Source of the DNA: an uncultured Rikenella sp.
Lineage (GTDB): Bacteria; Bacteroidota; Bacteroidia; Bacteroidales; VadinHA17
Direction of reading: 5' to 3'
Assembly: GCA_964537135.1 (NCBI GenBank)
Contig: CAZHZC010000011.1
Span: 59,848 to 123,847, forward strand
Length of the DNA stretch: 64,000 nucleotides
Within the stretch, counting starts at the first letter, position 1, and every line of letters starts with the position of its first letter. A program made the position numbers and the translations under genes. Under the pieces are notes generated by a model. The model was given only the letters and a program-made list of their open reading frames with translations, did not search any database and was not told the DNA's origin. Below are positions 1-9,718 of this stretch, in pieces.

Positions 1-2165
1 AGAACCTTCACATCATCAAACTCCCTGATCACCTTCCTCTTCTCCTCCTCGCGCTTCTCATCAATCAGCTCAATGGCTCTCTCACCGGTGATACTGTAGG
101 GGTCATCAACACCTCTCTTCAGCGAGTAGAATTTGCCGGCATGCCTCACATAGGGCCCGAACCGTCCTATCCCGACGGTCATCTCCTCACCCTCATAGGT
201 GCCTGCCACCCTCGGCAGCGCAAAGAGGGCCAGCGCCTCCTCCAGGGTGATGGTCTCAAGCAGCTGGTCACGCCTGAGGGTGGCAAAGCGGGGCTTCTGC
301 TCGGCTGACGCCTCTCCCAGCTGCACCACCGGCCCATACCTGCCCATCTTCACCGAGACCGGCAGTCCGCTGTCAGGATCGGTGCCCAGCTGCCGTGCGC
401 CGCTCTGTCGTGCCTTACGTGCCAGTGAGTCGTCAACGCTCTTGCGGAACGGACCGTAGAAGGTGGTGATCATCTCCTCCCACCCCTTCTCGCCGGAAGC
501 AATATCATCAAACTCCTTCTCAACGCCGGCGGTGAAGTTATAGTCGAGTATCTCCGGAAAGTTTTCTATAAGGAAGTCATTGACAATCATCCCGATATCC
601 TTGGGGAACAGTTTGGCCTTCTCCCTCCCTGCCGTCTCGCTCTTCTCACGCCTCGTTATCTTTCCGGCGGTGAGGGTCAGCTCGGTCAGGCTCCTCCTGG
701 TTCCCGGCCTGTCTTCGCGTGCCACATAACCGCGTGACTGTATGGTTGATATGATGGGTGCATAGGTTGAGGGTCTTCCTATACCCAGCTCCTCAAGCTT
801 CTTCACCAGGCTGGCCTCAGTATATCGCGGCGGCGGTGAGGTGAAGTGCTGCAGGGCGGTGATGGTGGAGGGTGTCAGACCCATGCCACGGTCAACACGC
901 GGCAGTATGGCCTTCTCATCATCAGCTGAGGAGCGGTCATGCGACTCGGTGTAGACCTTCAGGAAGCCATCAAACAGGATCACCTCGCCGGTGGCGGTGA
1001 AGCTGATGGGTGAGCCCGACATGTCAATGGTGATGGTGGTCTTCTCCACCTGTGCGTCAGACATCTGTGAGGCGATGGCACGACGCCAGATAAGCTCATA
1101 GAGCCTCTTCTCATTGGCGCTGCCGGTAACCTCCCTCTTGTCGAAGTAGGTGGGCCTGATAGCCTCATGGGCCTCCTGTGCCCCGGGCGACTGTGCCTTG
1201 AACTGCCGCGTACGCGAATATTCGCTTCCATACTCACTGGTGATAACCTCACGGGCGGTGCTGAGAGCCAGCTTCGACAGGTTGGTGGAGTCGGTACGCA
1301 TATAGGTTATCTTACCCGCCTCATAGAGCTTCTGCGCCACTGACATGGTCTGTGCTACCGAGAAGCCCAGCTTGCGGTAGGCCTCCTGCTGAAGGGTGGA
1401 GGTGATGAAGGGTGGTGAGGGCGAGCGGGTGCCCGACCTGACACTTATATTTTCTATGGTGAAGGAGGCGGTGCTGCACCTCTCCAGGAAGGCACGCGCC
1501 TCCTCCTCAGTGGCAAACTTCTTGGGACACTCAGCCTTGAGGGTGACGGCAGCACCCTCACTGTTGGTGCCGCTGAAGAGTGCGGTGACACGGAAGGCGG
1601 AGTCAGCGGTGAAGGCGATGATCTCACGCTCACGGTCTACCAGCAGACGGACAGCCACCGACTGTACCCTGCCGGCAGAGAGCGAGGGCTGTACCTTCTT
1701 CCAGAGTACCGGCGAGAGCTCAAAGCCCACCAGACGGTCAAGGATACGGCGTGCCTGCTGCGCATTGACCAGGTTCATGTTGACCTGTCGGGGCGACTCC
1801 ACGGCACGGGTGATAGCCTCTTTGGTTATCTCATGAAACACTATACGACGTGTGGTGGCCGGGTCAAGACCCAAAACGGAGATAAGGTGCCAGGCAATAG
1901 CCTCCCCCTCACGGTCCTCATCAGAGGCGATCCAGATGGTGGCAGCTTTGGACGCGTGCTTGCGCAGCTCGGCAACAACCTTCTTCTTCTCATCAGGCAC
2001 CTCATAGAGAGGAGCAAACCCCTTATCAACCTCAACCCCCAGATTATTCCTGACAAGGTCACGTATATGACCGAAGCTTGAGACAACGGTATACTCTTTC
2101 CCGAGAAACTTCTCTATCGTTTTTGCCTTGGCAGGTGATTCAACTATTACCAGATTATCAGCCAT
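1..2165 (-). CDS. topA: DNA topoisomerase I, N-terminal ~721 codons (C-terminus runs off the window start)
   Basis: Absent from the ORF track because there is no stop in the window. The reverse-strand ATG at 2165 translates MADNLVIVESPAKAKTIEKFLGKEYTVVSSFGHIRDL...IASDEDREGEAIAWH (TOPRIM) ...AGRVQSVAVRLLVDRE. No competing long ORF lies in 1-2165. Confidence 0.9.
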   Translation of the reverse strand, partial: MADNLVIVESPAKAKTIEKFLGKEYTVVSSFGHIRDLVRNNLGVEVDKGFAPLYEVPDEKKKVVAELRKHASKAATIWIASDEDREGEAIAWHLISVLGLDPATTRRIVFHEITKEAITRAVESPRQVNMNLVNAQQARRILDRLVGFELSPVLWKKVQPSLSAGRVQSVAVRLLVDREREIIAFTADSAFRVTALFSGTNSEGAAVTLKAECPKKFATEEEARAFLERCSTASFTIENISVRSGTRSPSPPFITSTLQQEAYRKLGFSVAQTMSVAQKLYEAGKITYMRTDSTNLSKLALSTAREVITSEYGSEYSRTRQFKAQSPGAQEAHEAIRPTYFDKREVTGSANEKRLYELIWRRAIASQMSDAQVEKTTITIDMSGSPISFTATGEVILFDGFLKVYTESHDRSSADDEKAILPRVDRGMGLTPSTITALQHFTSPPPRYTEASLVKKLEELGIGRPSTYAPIISTIQSRGYVAREDRPGTRRSLTELTLTAGKITRREKSETAGREKAKLFPKDIGMIVNDFLIENFPEILDYNFTAGVEKEFDDIASGEKGWEEMITTFYGPFRKSVDDSLARKARQSGARQLGTDPDSGLPVSVKMGRYGPVVQLGEASAEQKPRFATLRRDQLLETITLEEALALFALPRVAGTYEGEEMTVGIGRFGPYVRHAGKFYSLKRGVDDPYSITGERAIELIDEKREEEKRKVIREFDDVKV

Positions 2166-2276
2166 CAAACATTTTTTAAAAACAGGGCAAAGTAAGTGAA
2201 TAAGGGCGCTATCTTCAAAATTATTGTATAAATTTCTCCTTTTATCGTAAATTAGCGGCCTTACAGTGAGGCTATC

Positions 2277-4616
2277 ATGGCGGATAAGAAATTCCGGAAA
2301 AACGTAATCTGGTTCTGGGTGATAATCTCTTCACCGGCACTGCTGCTGGCAATCCTCTTCCTTCTGATATCTACCCAGAAGCTGGGACCGATACCATCAT
2401 TTGAGGAGCTGGAGAACCCCGACAGTAATCTGGCGGCAGAGGTCTACTCAGATGATAATGTGCTGCTTGGCAAGTTCTACATACAGAACCGCACCTGGGC
2501 CGAGTATGAAGATATCTCTCCCTATGTGGTTGATGCTCTCATCGCTACCGAAGATATCAGGTTCTACCGCCACTCCGGTATCGACTTCCGCAGCCTGGCC
2601 AGGGTGCTCGTCAAGACCATCATGATGGGTAAGAGTACCGGCGGGGGCAGCACCATCACGCAGCAGCTGGCAAAGAACCTCTTCCTCCCCAGGGACCTCT
2701 CCAATGACCCGGCCATAGTACGGTCGGTGAAGCTCTCGGTGGCCAAGTTCAAGGAGTGGCAGACGGCGGTGAAGCTGGAGCGTAGCTACACCAAGGAGGA
2801 GATCATCACCATGTATCTCAACGTCTTTGACTTTATATATAATGCTGTGGGGATTAACTCGGCAGCACGTATCTACTTCAACACCACACCTGACTCACTC
2901 ACCATAGAGCAGTCGGCGATGCTGGTGGGTATGCTCAAAAACTCGGTGGCCTACAACCCGCTGCGTAATGAGGAGGGGGCACTGCGGCGGCGTAATGTGG
3001 TGATCAGCCAGATGGAGCGCTACGGCTACCTGCCGCGTGACGTGGCTGACTCGGTCAGGAAGCTGCCGATAGGTATTGACCTGCGTGAAGACAGCCACAA
3101 TACCGGTCCGGCAACCTACTTCAGGGAGTATATCAGGTCAACCATGAACAGCCGTGAGCCGCAGCGTAACTGGTTCTACTCTGACAGCCAGTACCAGGAT
3201 GCGTTGTGGCGGTGGCAGAATGACCCTCTCTACGGATGGTGCAACAAGAATACCAAGCCTGACGGCACACCATACAACCTCTACCGTGACGGACTGCGTA
3301 TCTATACCACCCTCAACTCCCGCATGCAGACCTTTGCCGAGGAGGCACTGGTAGAGCACCTCTCACAGAACCTGCAGCCGGTGTTTGACAGGAGGGCCGT
3401 CAACTACCGCAACCCGCCCTACTCGAATGATCTCAGCCAGGCACAGGTGAAACAGATTATGGAGCGGTCAGTGAGACAGAGCGACCGCTACCAGGCGATG
3501 CGGCGGGCAGGGATAGCTGAAGACTCAATAGCGCTGGCATTCAACACGCCGCTGCCGATGAAGCTCTTCTCATGGCAGGGTGAGGTGGATACCGTGATGA
3601 CCCCGTACGACTCAATCAGGTACTACAAGTTCTTTGTCAGGTCATCATTCATGGCCATGGATCCCCATACCGGCTATGTGAAGGCCTACATCGGAGGGCC
3701 CGACTTCAGGTACTTCAAGTATGATGCGGTCACACAGCAGAAGAAGCAGGTGGGGTCAACCATCAAGCCGTTCCTCTATACACTGGCGATGCAGGATGGC
3801 TACTCACCCTGTTTTGAGGTTGAGAATATTGCACGCTCGTTTGAGGTCAACGATACGGTATGGATACCCAGGAGCGCCGGGCCGGCCGAGTACCAGGGGC
3901 AGATGGTGACCCTCAGATGGGGACTGGCACAGTCGGAGAACAATATCTCGGCATGGCTGATGAAGCAGTTCTCACCCCAGGCGGTGGTGGATATCATGCA
4001 CCGGATGGGTATAAGGAGCTATATCGACCCCGTCTATGCCATCTTTCTGGGTACCGCTGACCTCTCAGTGGAGGAGATGGTAGGCGCCTACGGTACCTTT
4101 GCCAACAAAGGGGTGTATACGCGTCCGCTATATGTGACCCGCGTGGAGGATCGTAACGGTAATGTCATCTCTACCTTCACCCCATTCATCGATGAGGTGA
4201 TAAGTGAGGAGGATGCATACCTGATGACCGCCCTGCTGCAGGGGGTGGTAACCAACGGCACCGCAGTGAGGCTGAGGCTCACCTACCGGCTGCTGAACCA
4301 GATGGGTGGCAAGACAGGCACCACACAGAACCACTCCAACGGATGGTTTATGGGTGTCATGCCTGACCTGGTGGCAGGCGTATGGACAGGGTGGGAGGAT
4401 CAGGCGATCCATTTTGAGGATCTCTCAATGGGACAGGGAGCAAATATGGCGCTGCCGGTGTTCGGACTATTCCTGCAGAGGCTGCTTGCCGATCCTGATT
4501 TTGCCCCCATGGCGGAGACGGTGTTTGAGGCACCGCCGGGATTCAATGTTGAGCTTGACTGTGACAAGGTAAACCGCCAGCAGCAGAGCACCACGGTGAG
4601 ACCAAAGGAGTATTGA
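2277..4616 (+). CDS. mrcA: class A penicillin-binding protein 1A (transglycosylase/transpeptidase)
   Basis: N-terminal TM helix. GT51 motifs ATEDIRFYRHSGID and GGSTITQQLAKN. Transpeptidase motifs STIK (SxxK) and KTGT. Confidence 0.9.
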   Translation: MADKKFRKNVIWFWVIISSPALLLAILFLLISTQKLGPIPSFEELENPDSNLAAEVYSDDNVLLGKFYIQNRTWAEYEDISPYVVDALIATEDIRFYRHSGIDFRSLARVLVKTIMMGKSTGGGSTITQQLAKNLFLPRDLSNDPAIVRSVKLSVAKFKEWQTAVKLERSYTKEEIITMYLNVFDFIYNAVGINSAARIYFNTTPDSLTIEQSAMLVGMLKNSVAYNPLRNEEGALRRRNVVISQMERYGYLPRDVADSVRKLPIGIDLREDSHNTGPATYFREYIRSTMNSREPQRNWFYSDSQYQDALWRWQNDPLYGWCNKNTKPDGTPYNLYRDGLRIYTTLNSRMQTFAEEALVEHLSQNLQPVFDRRAVNYRNPPYSNDLSQAQVKQIMERSVRQSDRYQAMRRAGIAEDSIALAFNTPLPMKLFSWQGEVDTVMTPYDSIRYYKFFVRSSFMAMDPHTGYVKAYIGGPDFRYFKYDAVTQQKKQVGSTIKPFLYTLAMQDGYSPCFEVENIARSFEVNDTVWIPRSAGPAEYQGQMVTLRWGLAQSENNISAWLMKQFSPQAVVDIMHRMGIRSYIDPVYAIFLGTADLSVEEMVGAYGTFANKGVYTRPLYVTRVEDRNGNVISTFTPFIDEVISEEDAYLMTALLQGVVTNGTAVRLRLTYRLLNQMGGKTGTTQNHSNGWFMGVMPDLVAGVWTGWEDQAIHFEDLSMGQGANMALPVFGLFLQRLLADPDFAPMAETVFEAPPGFNVELDCDKVNRQQQSTTVRPKEY

Positions 4617-4723
4617 CCGTCAGACCGGCGCCGGGTAGCCTGACCATCAGGGCAATACTGCCTGGGTAGCGCCGGGCAGCGCCGGGCAGCCTTAGCGGCA
4701 TTACATCGTCGGAATGGTGCTGC

Positions 4724-6076
4724 TTACCGAAAGAGCAGCTTCACCAGCCCCTCTATCTTGTATACCTTTGTGATCTTTATGGCCGGCACCTCGCGCAGCT
4801 CACGGTGAAATCCTGATACCAATATCTCTGTGAACCCCATACGGGCAGCCTCCATGATACGCTGCTCTATGCGCGCCACCGGCCTTATCTCACCTGAGAG
4901 ACCCACCTCACCGGCGAGGGCGGTATGGTGATCAACCGGCACATCGAGGTTTGAGGAGAGCACCGCGGCCGCTACTGCCAGGTCAATGGCCGGATCACTA
5001 ACCTTTAGTCCGCCAGCTATGTTGAGGAAGACATCCTTTATCCCCAGCCTGAAGCCTGCCCTCTTCTCGAGCACCGCCAGGAGCATGTTGAGCCGTCGCG
5101 TATCAAAGCCGGTGGAGCTGCGCTGCGGCGTGCCGTAGACGGCGCTGCTGACCAGCGACTGTGTCTCTATCAGGAAGGGTCTCACCCCCTCTACGGTGGC
5201 AGCGATGGTCACGCCGCTGGCCGGCTCGCGGTCATGACGTATGAAGAGGTCGGAGGGATCGGTCACCTCACGCAGCCCGTCAGAGCGCATCTCCCAGATA
5301 CCTATCTCTGCCGTTGAGCCAAACCGGTTCTTTACCGGTCGCAGTATACGGAACATATAGTTGTTGTCACCCTCAAACTGCAGCACCACGTCGACGATAT
5401 GTTCAAGCACCTTGGGCCCGGCCAGTGACCCCTCCTTGGTGATGTGCCCTATCAGTATCACCGGCACCCCCGACTCCTTGGCATAGCGTAGCATCATGGC
5501 AGCGCTCTCCCGCACCTGTGTCACCGAGCCGGCTGACGACTCCAGCTGTGATGAGCTGAGGGTCTGTATCGAGTCTATGATGAGCAGCTCAGGCTTCAGG
5601 CTCTCAGCCTGGGTGAGGATGCTCTCCGGCTCTGTCTCGTTGTAGATGTAGCACCTCTCATTGCTGGTGCCGAGGCGCCCCGCCCTCAGCTTTATCTGCC
5701 CCTCGCTCTCTTCACCCGAGACGTAGAGCACCGTGCGCCCCTGCTGTGCCAGGGCTATCTGCAGTGCGAGGGTTGACTTCCCTATCCCCGGCTCACCACC
5801 CAGCAGTATCAGTGAGCCGCGTACCATGCCGCCACCGAGGATACGGTCAGCCTCACCTATCCCGGTGGTTATACGCTCATCCTCCCCCGCCTCGATGGCA
5901 TCAAGCAGCCCGGGGCGCCGACGGGAGCCACCCGACCCCTTCCTCGTGGCGGTGAGAGGGGCAATGATCTCTTCACGATAGCTGTTCCATTCACCACATG
6001 AGGGGCAGCGCCCTATCCACCTGGCTGACTCGGCGCCACAGCTCTGACACAGATATACTGACTTGCTTTTGGCCAT
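4724..6076 (-). CDS. radA: DNA repair protein RadA/Sms
   Basis: N-terminal zinc finger CQSCGAE...CPSCGEW, Walker A GEPGIGKST, KNRFG motif and a Lon-like C-terminal domain. Confidence 0.95.
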   Translation of the reverse strand: MAKSKSVYLCQSCGAESARWIGRCPSCGEWNSYREEIIAPLTATRKGSGGSRRRPGLLDAIEAGEDERITTGIGEADRILGGGMVRGSLILLGGEPGIGKSTLALQIALAQQGRTVLYVSGEESEGQIKLRAGRLGTSNERCYIYNETEPESILTQAESLKPELLIIDSIQTLSSSQLESSAGSVTQVRESAAMMLRYAKESGVPVILIGHITKEGSLAGPKVLEHIVDVVLQFEGDNNYMFRILRPVKNRFGSTAEIGIWEMRSDGLREVTDPSDLFIRHDREPASGVTIAATVEGVRPFLIETQSLVSSAVYGTPQRSSTGFDTRRLNMLLAVLEKRAGFRLGIKDVFLNIAGGLKVSDPAIDLAVAAAVLSSNLDVPVDHHTALAGEVGLSGEIRPVARIEQRIMEAARMGFTEILVSGFHRELREVPAIKITKVYKIEGLVKLLFR

Positions 6077-6099
6077 GGAAAAACTGGTTATGTGACAGA

Positions 6100-6107
6100 C
6101 AAATGTA
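6100..6107 (-). promoter_or_regulatory. Bacteroidota -7 promoter box TACATTTG upstream of radA
   Basis: Exact match to TAnnTTTG on the minus strand, 24 nt upstream of the radA ATG (6076). Confidence 0.45.
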
Positions 6108-6171
6108 AGAAAAGAATTGCTGGCAGAGAGCCGGCGGCAGACTCTTCACGCCCCGTCCGGCGTCAGACCCT

Positions 6172-7209
6172 TCAACCCCTTTTCTCCGTGGCCACTGATG
6201 AGAGCACCTTCCCTCCCCTTCTTCCGAAGAGGGCGAAGAGAGAGATGGCTCCTGCAACGGCAATCATGATCATCTGTGACTCATGCTCCAGGGTGGCATA
6301 GGCCAGTCCCTCCTCAAGGGGTATGGCATAGGCTACCAGCATGCCACGTGAGACGATCCAGTGGTAGGCGCCGAGGCCGCTCTGCACGGGGGCTGCCATG
6401 CCAAAGCTCCCTATGATAAGGATAAATATGGTGGGACCGATGCCCAGGTGTGAGGTGGAGCTGAGGCAGAGAAGCGGGAAGTAGGCCATAAAGAAGTAGG
6501 AGACCCAGAGGAGCAGTGTGAGCAGCAGGAACTCACCCCGCCGCCGAAGCTTCACAATGGTCTTGAGGCCCGAGTAGAGGCCGCTGGAGAAGGTGTATAT
6601 CTTTTTGAAGAAGGGGTTGACCGAGAGCCTCCGACGCAGCAGAAAGAACATGATGACCGCTGTCACTGCCAGCAATATCACGATCACCGTAAAGAAGGTG
6701 GCTGACCCGAATGAGGAGGTGAGCCTGCGCTCGGCAGGGAGAAATATGTTTTCCGAGAGGAAGCTGCCGGTGGCAGTACCTCCGGCAATAAGTGTCACCC
6801 CAAGTATCAGCAGCACGGTAAGGATATCTATGGTACGCTCAATGAGCATGGTTCCGACCAGCCTGTCGAAGGGAATATCCTCTTTCTTGCTCAGTGCCGC
6901 GCACTTGAATACCTCACCCAGCCTGGGGAAGATGATGTTGGCAAGGTAGCCGGCTGCTACGGTATGGTAGGTGTTTACCAGTGAGGGTCTGTAGCCCAGT
7001 GGACCTATGAGCAGTATCCAGCGGCGTGCCCTGATGACAAAGCTGAGCAGTGAGAAGATTATGGCTGGTATGAGCCACACGTAGCGGGCATTGCGTATGA
7101 TGCCCCACAGGTCGGAGAAGTTGATACCCCTGAATGAGAACCAGAGGAACAGGATCGCCAGGGCCAGGAAAAGTATCGCCTTCGCCGTTTGCTTGAGACC
7201 CTCTTTCAA
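6172..7209 (-). CDS. lysylphosphatidylglycerol-synthase-like transmembrane (UPF0104 / flippase-like) protein
   Basis: 345 aa polytopic membrane protein with the FRGINF...RARRW pattern typical of the UPF0104 family. Sits 3 nt from panD, as in other Bacteroidota. Confidence 0.6.
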   Translation of the reverse strand: MKEGLKQTAKAILFLALAILFLWFSFRGINFSDLWGIIRNARYVWLIPAIIFSLLSFVIRARRWILLIGPLGYRPSLVNTYHTVAAGYLANIIFPRLGEVFKCAALSKKEDIPFDRLVGTMLIERTIDILTVLLILGVTLIAGGTATGSFLSENIFLPAERRLTSSFGSATFFTVIVILLAVTAVIMFFLLRRRLSVNPFFKKIYTFSSGLYSGLKTIVKLRRRGEFLLLTLLLWVSYFFMAYFPLLCLSSTSHLGIGPTIFILIIGSFGMAAPVQSGLGAYHWIVSRGMLVAYAIPLEEGLAYATLEHESQMIMIAVAGAISLFALFGRRGGKVLSSVATEKRG

Positions 7210-7212
7210 ACC

Positions 7213-7563
7213 TCAGATTATTTTGTTGGTGGCAGTGTCGGGAAAGATTATCCGTGGAACGAATGAGCGGGCCTCCTCAGGGGTGAGACTGGCATATGAC
7301 ATGATAATTACCACGTCGCCAACGGCCACCCTCCTGGCTGCCGGACCGTTGAGGCATATCTCGCCCGAGCCCCTGCGGCCCCTGATCACATAGGTGACCA
7401 TCCTCTCGCCGTTGGTACGGTCAAGAACATGTACCTTCTCATACTCAATGAGCCCGGCAGCATCCATCAGATCTTCGTCAATGGTGACGCTGCCCACGTA
7501 GTTCAGGTCTGCACCGGTGATGGTGACATTGTGTATTTTTGATTTGAGAACCTCTATTGTCAT
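7213..7563 (-). CDS. panD: aspartate 1-decarboxylase
   Basis: [29 protein letters not shown] carries the pyruvoyl-forming G-S cleavage site. Length is 116 aa. Confidence 0.95.
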   Translation of the reverse strand: MTIEVLKSKIHNVTITGADLNYVGSVTIDEDLMDAAGLIEYEKVHVLDRTNGERMVTYVIRGRRGSGEICLNGPAARRVAVGDVVIIMSYASLTPEEARSFVPRIIFPDTATNKII

Positions 7564-7594
7564 TTGGCAGAAACAAGATTGTTTTTTGCAGGTG

Positions 7595-7602
7595 CAAAGA
7601 TA
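7595..7602 (-). promoter_or_regulatory. -7 promoter box TATCTTTG upstream of panD
   Basis: Exact TAnnTTTG on the minus strand in the panC-panD gap, 32 nt upstream of the panD ATG. Confidence 0.45.
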
Positions 7603-7617
7603 CAGTAATCATTCTAT

Positions 7618-8475
7618 TCACCGTAATGTGATCCCGATATTGTCAATCAGCCTCACCTCACCCACCCAGAGGGCTATACAGCCGAAATAGCTGGCGCCGG
7701 GCTTCATCTCAAACTGCGAGGTGACCGGGGTGAGCGACTCACCATCAACAATCTCAAAATATTCGATGGTGAAACCGGGAATCATGTTTATACGGTCAAA
7801 GACAAAATCCCTGATCTCAGATATCTGATAGTCATTGATCATGGCTGAGGCGGCTATCAGGGTGCGGTACACCTCACCGGCCAGGGCGCGGTGCTGTGTC
7901 AGCAGCCTGCGGTTGCGGCTGCTCATGGCCAGTCCGTCATGCTCCCTGATGATGGGGCATGCAACAATCCTGACATCAGGGTAGTCACGACGAGCAAGCT
8001 CCCTGATGATGGTGAGCTGCTGCAGATCCTTCTCACCGAAGTAGGCAGATGAGGGCCTGATAATGTCGAAGAGACGTGACACAACCTGGACCACACCGTT
8101 GAAGTGGCCGGGACGGTGCAGACCCTCCATCACCTTGTCAAGGGTGCCCAAGTCAAACTGACGGGTGTCAGGCTCAGGGTAGATCTCCTCAGGGGAAGGT
8201 ACAAACACAAAGTCGCTGGTACGAAGCAGCGGCGAGAGCAGCTCAAGATCAGCATCAAGGGTGCGGGGGTACCTGGTAAGATCATCCGGATCATTGAACT
8301 GGGTCGGGTTGACAAAGATACTGACACCCACCATACGGTTCTCCTTCACAGCCTGACGTACCAGCGAGAGATGACCCTCATGCAGGGCACCCATGGTAGG
8401 CACAAAACCCGGATTACGCAGTACGGTAACCCTGTAATGATCCCTCACCTCCTTGACTGTTGTAACTACATTCAT
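7618..8475 (-). CDS. panC: pantoate--beta-alanine ligase
   Basis: PTMGALHEGHLSLV (HxGH nucleotidyltransferase motif). 285 aa and adjacent to panD. Confidence 0.95.
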   Translation of the reverse strand: MNVVTTVKEVRDHYRVTVLRNPGFVPTMGALHEGHLSLVRQAVKENRMVGVSIFVNPTQFNDPDDLTRYPRTLDADLELLSPLLRTSDFVFVPSPEEIYPEPDTRQFDLGTLDKVMEGLHRPGHFNGVVQVVSRLFDIIRPSSAYFGEKDLQQLTIIRELARRDYPDVRIVACPIIREHDGLAMSSRNRRLLTQHRALAGEVYRTLIAASAMINDYQISEIRDFVFDRINMIPGFTIEYFEIVDGESLTPVTSQFEMKPGASYFGCIALWVGEVRLIDNIGITLR

Positions 8476-8718
8476 TCTTCTGTTGATCTCATTCTTCTGC
8501 TGATCTCATTCTTCTGCTGATCTCATCCTTCCTCTGATCTCTATATACTGTGATCCGTTCCTTTTATGGCCTGTTCCTTTTATGGCCTGTTCCTTCTGTG
8601 ATCTGTTCCTTTTATGGTTTGTTCCTTTTATGGCCTGTTCCTTCTTTGATCTGTTCCTACTGTAGCCTGTTCCTTTTGTGACCCCTTCCTTCTGTTGACC
8701 TCATCCTTCTGTGACCCC
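8471..8718. repeat. about 15 tandem CT-rich units of 15-17 nt (tcattcttctgctgatc / ctgttccttttatggc types)
   Basis: Hand-parsed units U1-U15. The first four 17-nt units contain the panC start codon context. The array fills the panC / glycogen-synthase-like divergent spacer. Confidence 0.9.
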
Positions 8719-8850
8719 ATTAACGAACCCATATTCGCTACTGTCAACCACCCCTTTTCAGATGAGTAACACCACTCTCACCGGTATGGTTTAATGGTCC
8801 GGGCGCTTTTCAGCCTGTAAGCCCTTGCAAAATAAGACCATTTTTTTTAT

Positions 8851-8858
8851 TATCTTTG
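8851..8858 (+). promoter_or_regulatory. -7 promoter box TATCTTTG upstream of the glycogen-synthase-like gene
   Basis: Exact TAnnTTTG, 38 nt upstream of the ATG at 8897. Confidence 0.5.
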
Positions 8859-8896
8859 CACTTTAGTTTAATGATTTAGGTATTTTGGAGGTATTA

Positions 8897-9718
8897 ATGG
8901 AGAGCAGAAGGGTTTTGTTTGTTTCACAGGAGATCATGCCTTACCTCGGAGAGACGAAACTATCCAGGATTAGCCGTGATCTGCCACAAGGGATTCAGGA
9001 GAGAGGAAAAGAGATCAGGACGTTCATGCCGCGTTACGGACTGATCAATGAGAGGAGGAATCAGCTTCATGAGGTGATACGCCTGTCGGGGATGAATATC
9101 ATCATTGATGACAGTGACCACCCGCTCATCATTAAGGTAGCTTCAATACAGTCGGCCCGCATGCAGGTCTATTTCATCGACAATGAGGACTATTTTCACC
9201 GTAAGCACACCATGAGTGATGCCTCCGGCAAGGAGTATGAAGACAATGATGAGAGAGCCATGTTTTTTGCACGCGGGGTAATTGAGACGGTACGCAAGCT
9301 GCGCTGGAGCCCCGATATTGTCCATTGTCACGGCTGGCTCTCATCACTGGTACCGTTATATCTCAGAAGTGTCTACCATGATGATCCGCTCTTTAGCAGG
9401 TCACGGTCGGTCTATTCAGTATATAACACCGGATACAAAAAGCCACTCAACCCGGAGCTTGCTACAAAGCTGATAGCTGATGGCGTTGATGCTGATGCCG
9501 TGAAGAGTATAAATGAGAGTACCGACTACCTCAGCCTGACAACGCTGGCAGCGGAAAACTCTGATGGCATAATTTTTGGATGTGACGAGATCGACCAGAA
9601 GGTGAGAGAGAGGCTCAGCTCACTGGGCAAACCGATACTTGAACATCAGAGTGAGGAAAACTATATCGACACCTATAACGATTTTTATGACAAGCTCGTT
9701 CTCGAAACAGTCAGATAA
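8897..9718 (+). CDS. short glycogen/starch synthase-like protein (GT5 N-terminal domain only, Bacteroidota type)
   Basis: RVLFVSQEIMPY...TFMPRYG...QVYFIDNEDYFHRK matches the glycogen synthase N-domain. The track start at 8885 is a TTG. The first ATG is 8897, downstream of the -7 box. Confidence 0.8.
   Translation: MESRRVLFVSQEIMPYLGETKLSRISRDLPQGIQERGKEIRTFMPRYGLINERRNQLHEVIRLSGMNIIIDDSDHPLIIKVASIQSARMQVYFIDNEDYFHRKHTMSDASGKEYEDNDERAMFFARGVIETVRKLRWSPDIVHCHGWLSSLVPLYLRSVYHDDPLFSRSRSVYSVYNTGYKKPLNPELATKLIADGVDADAVKSINESTDYLSLTTLAAENSDGIIFGCDEIDQKVRERLSSLGKPILEHQSEENYIDTYNDFYDKLVLETVR

Noticed and set aside
8471-8718. Possibility that the repeat arrays (this and the other spacer arrays) are CRISPR arrays
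   Set aside because: The units are 5-47 nt and directly abutting with no unique spacers. Repeats are degenerate rather than conserved, and no cas genes are in the window.
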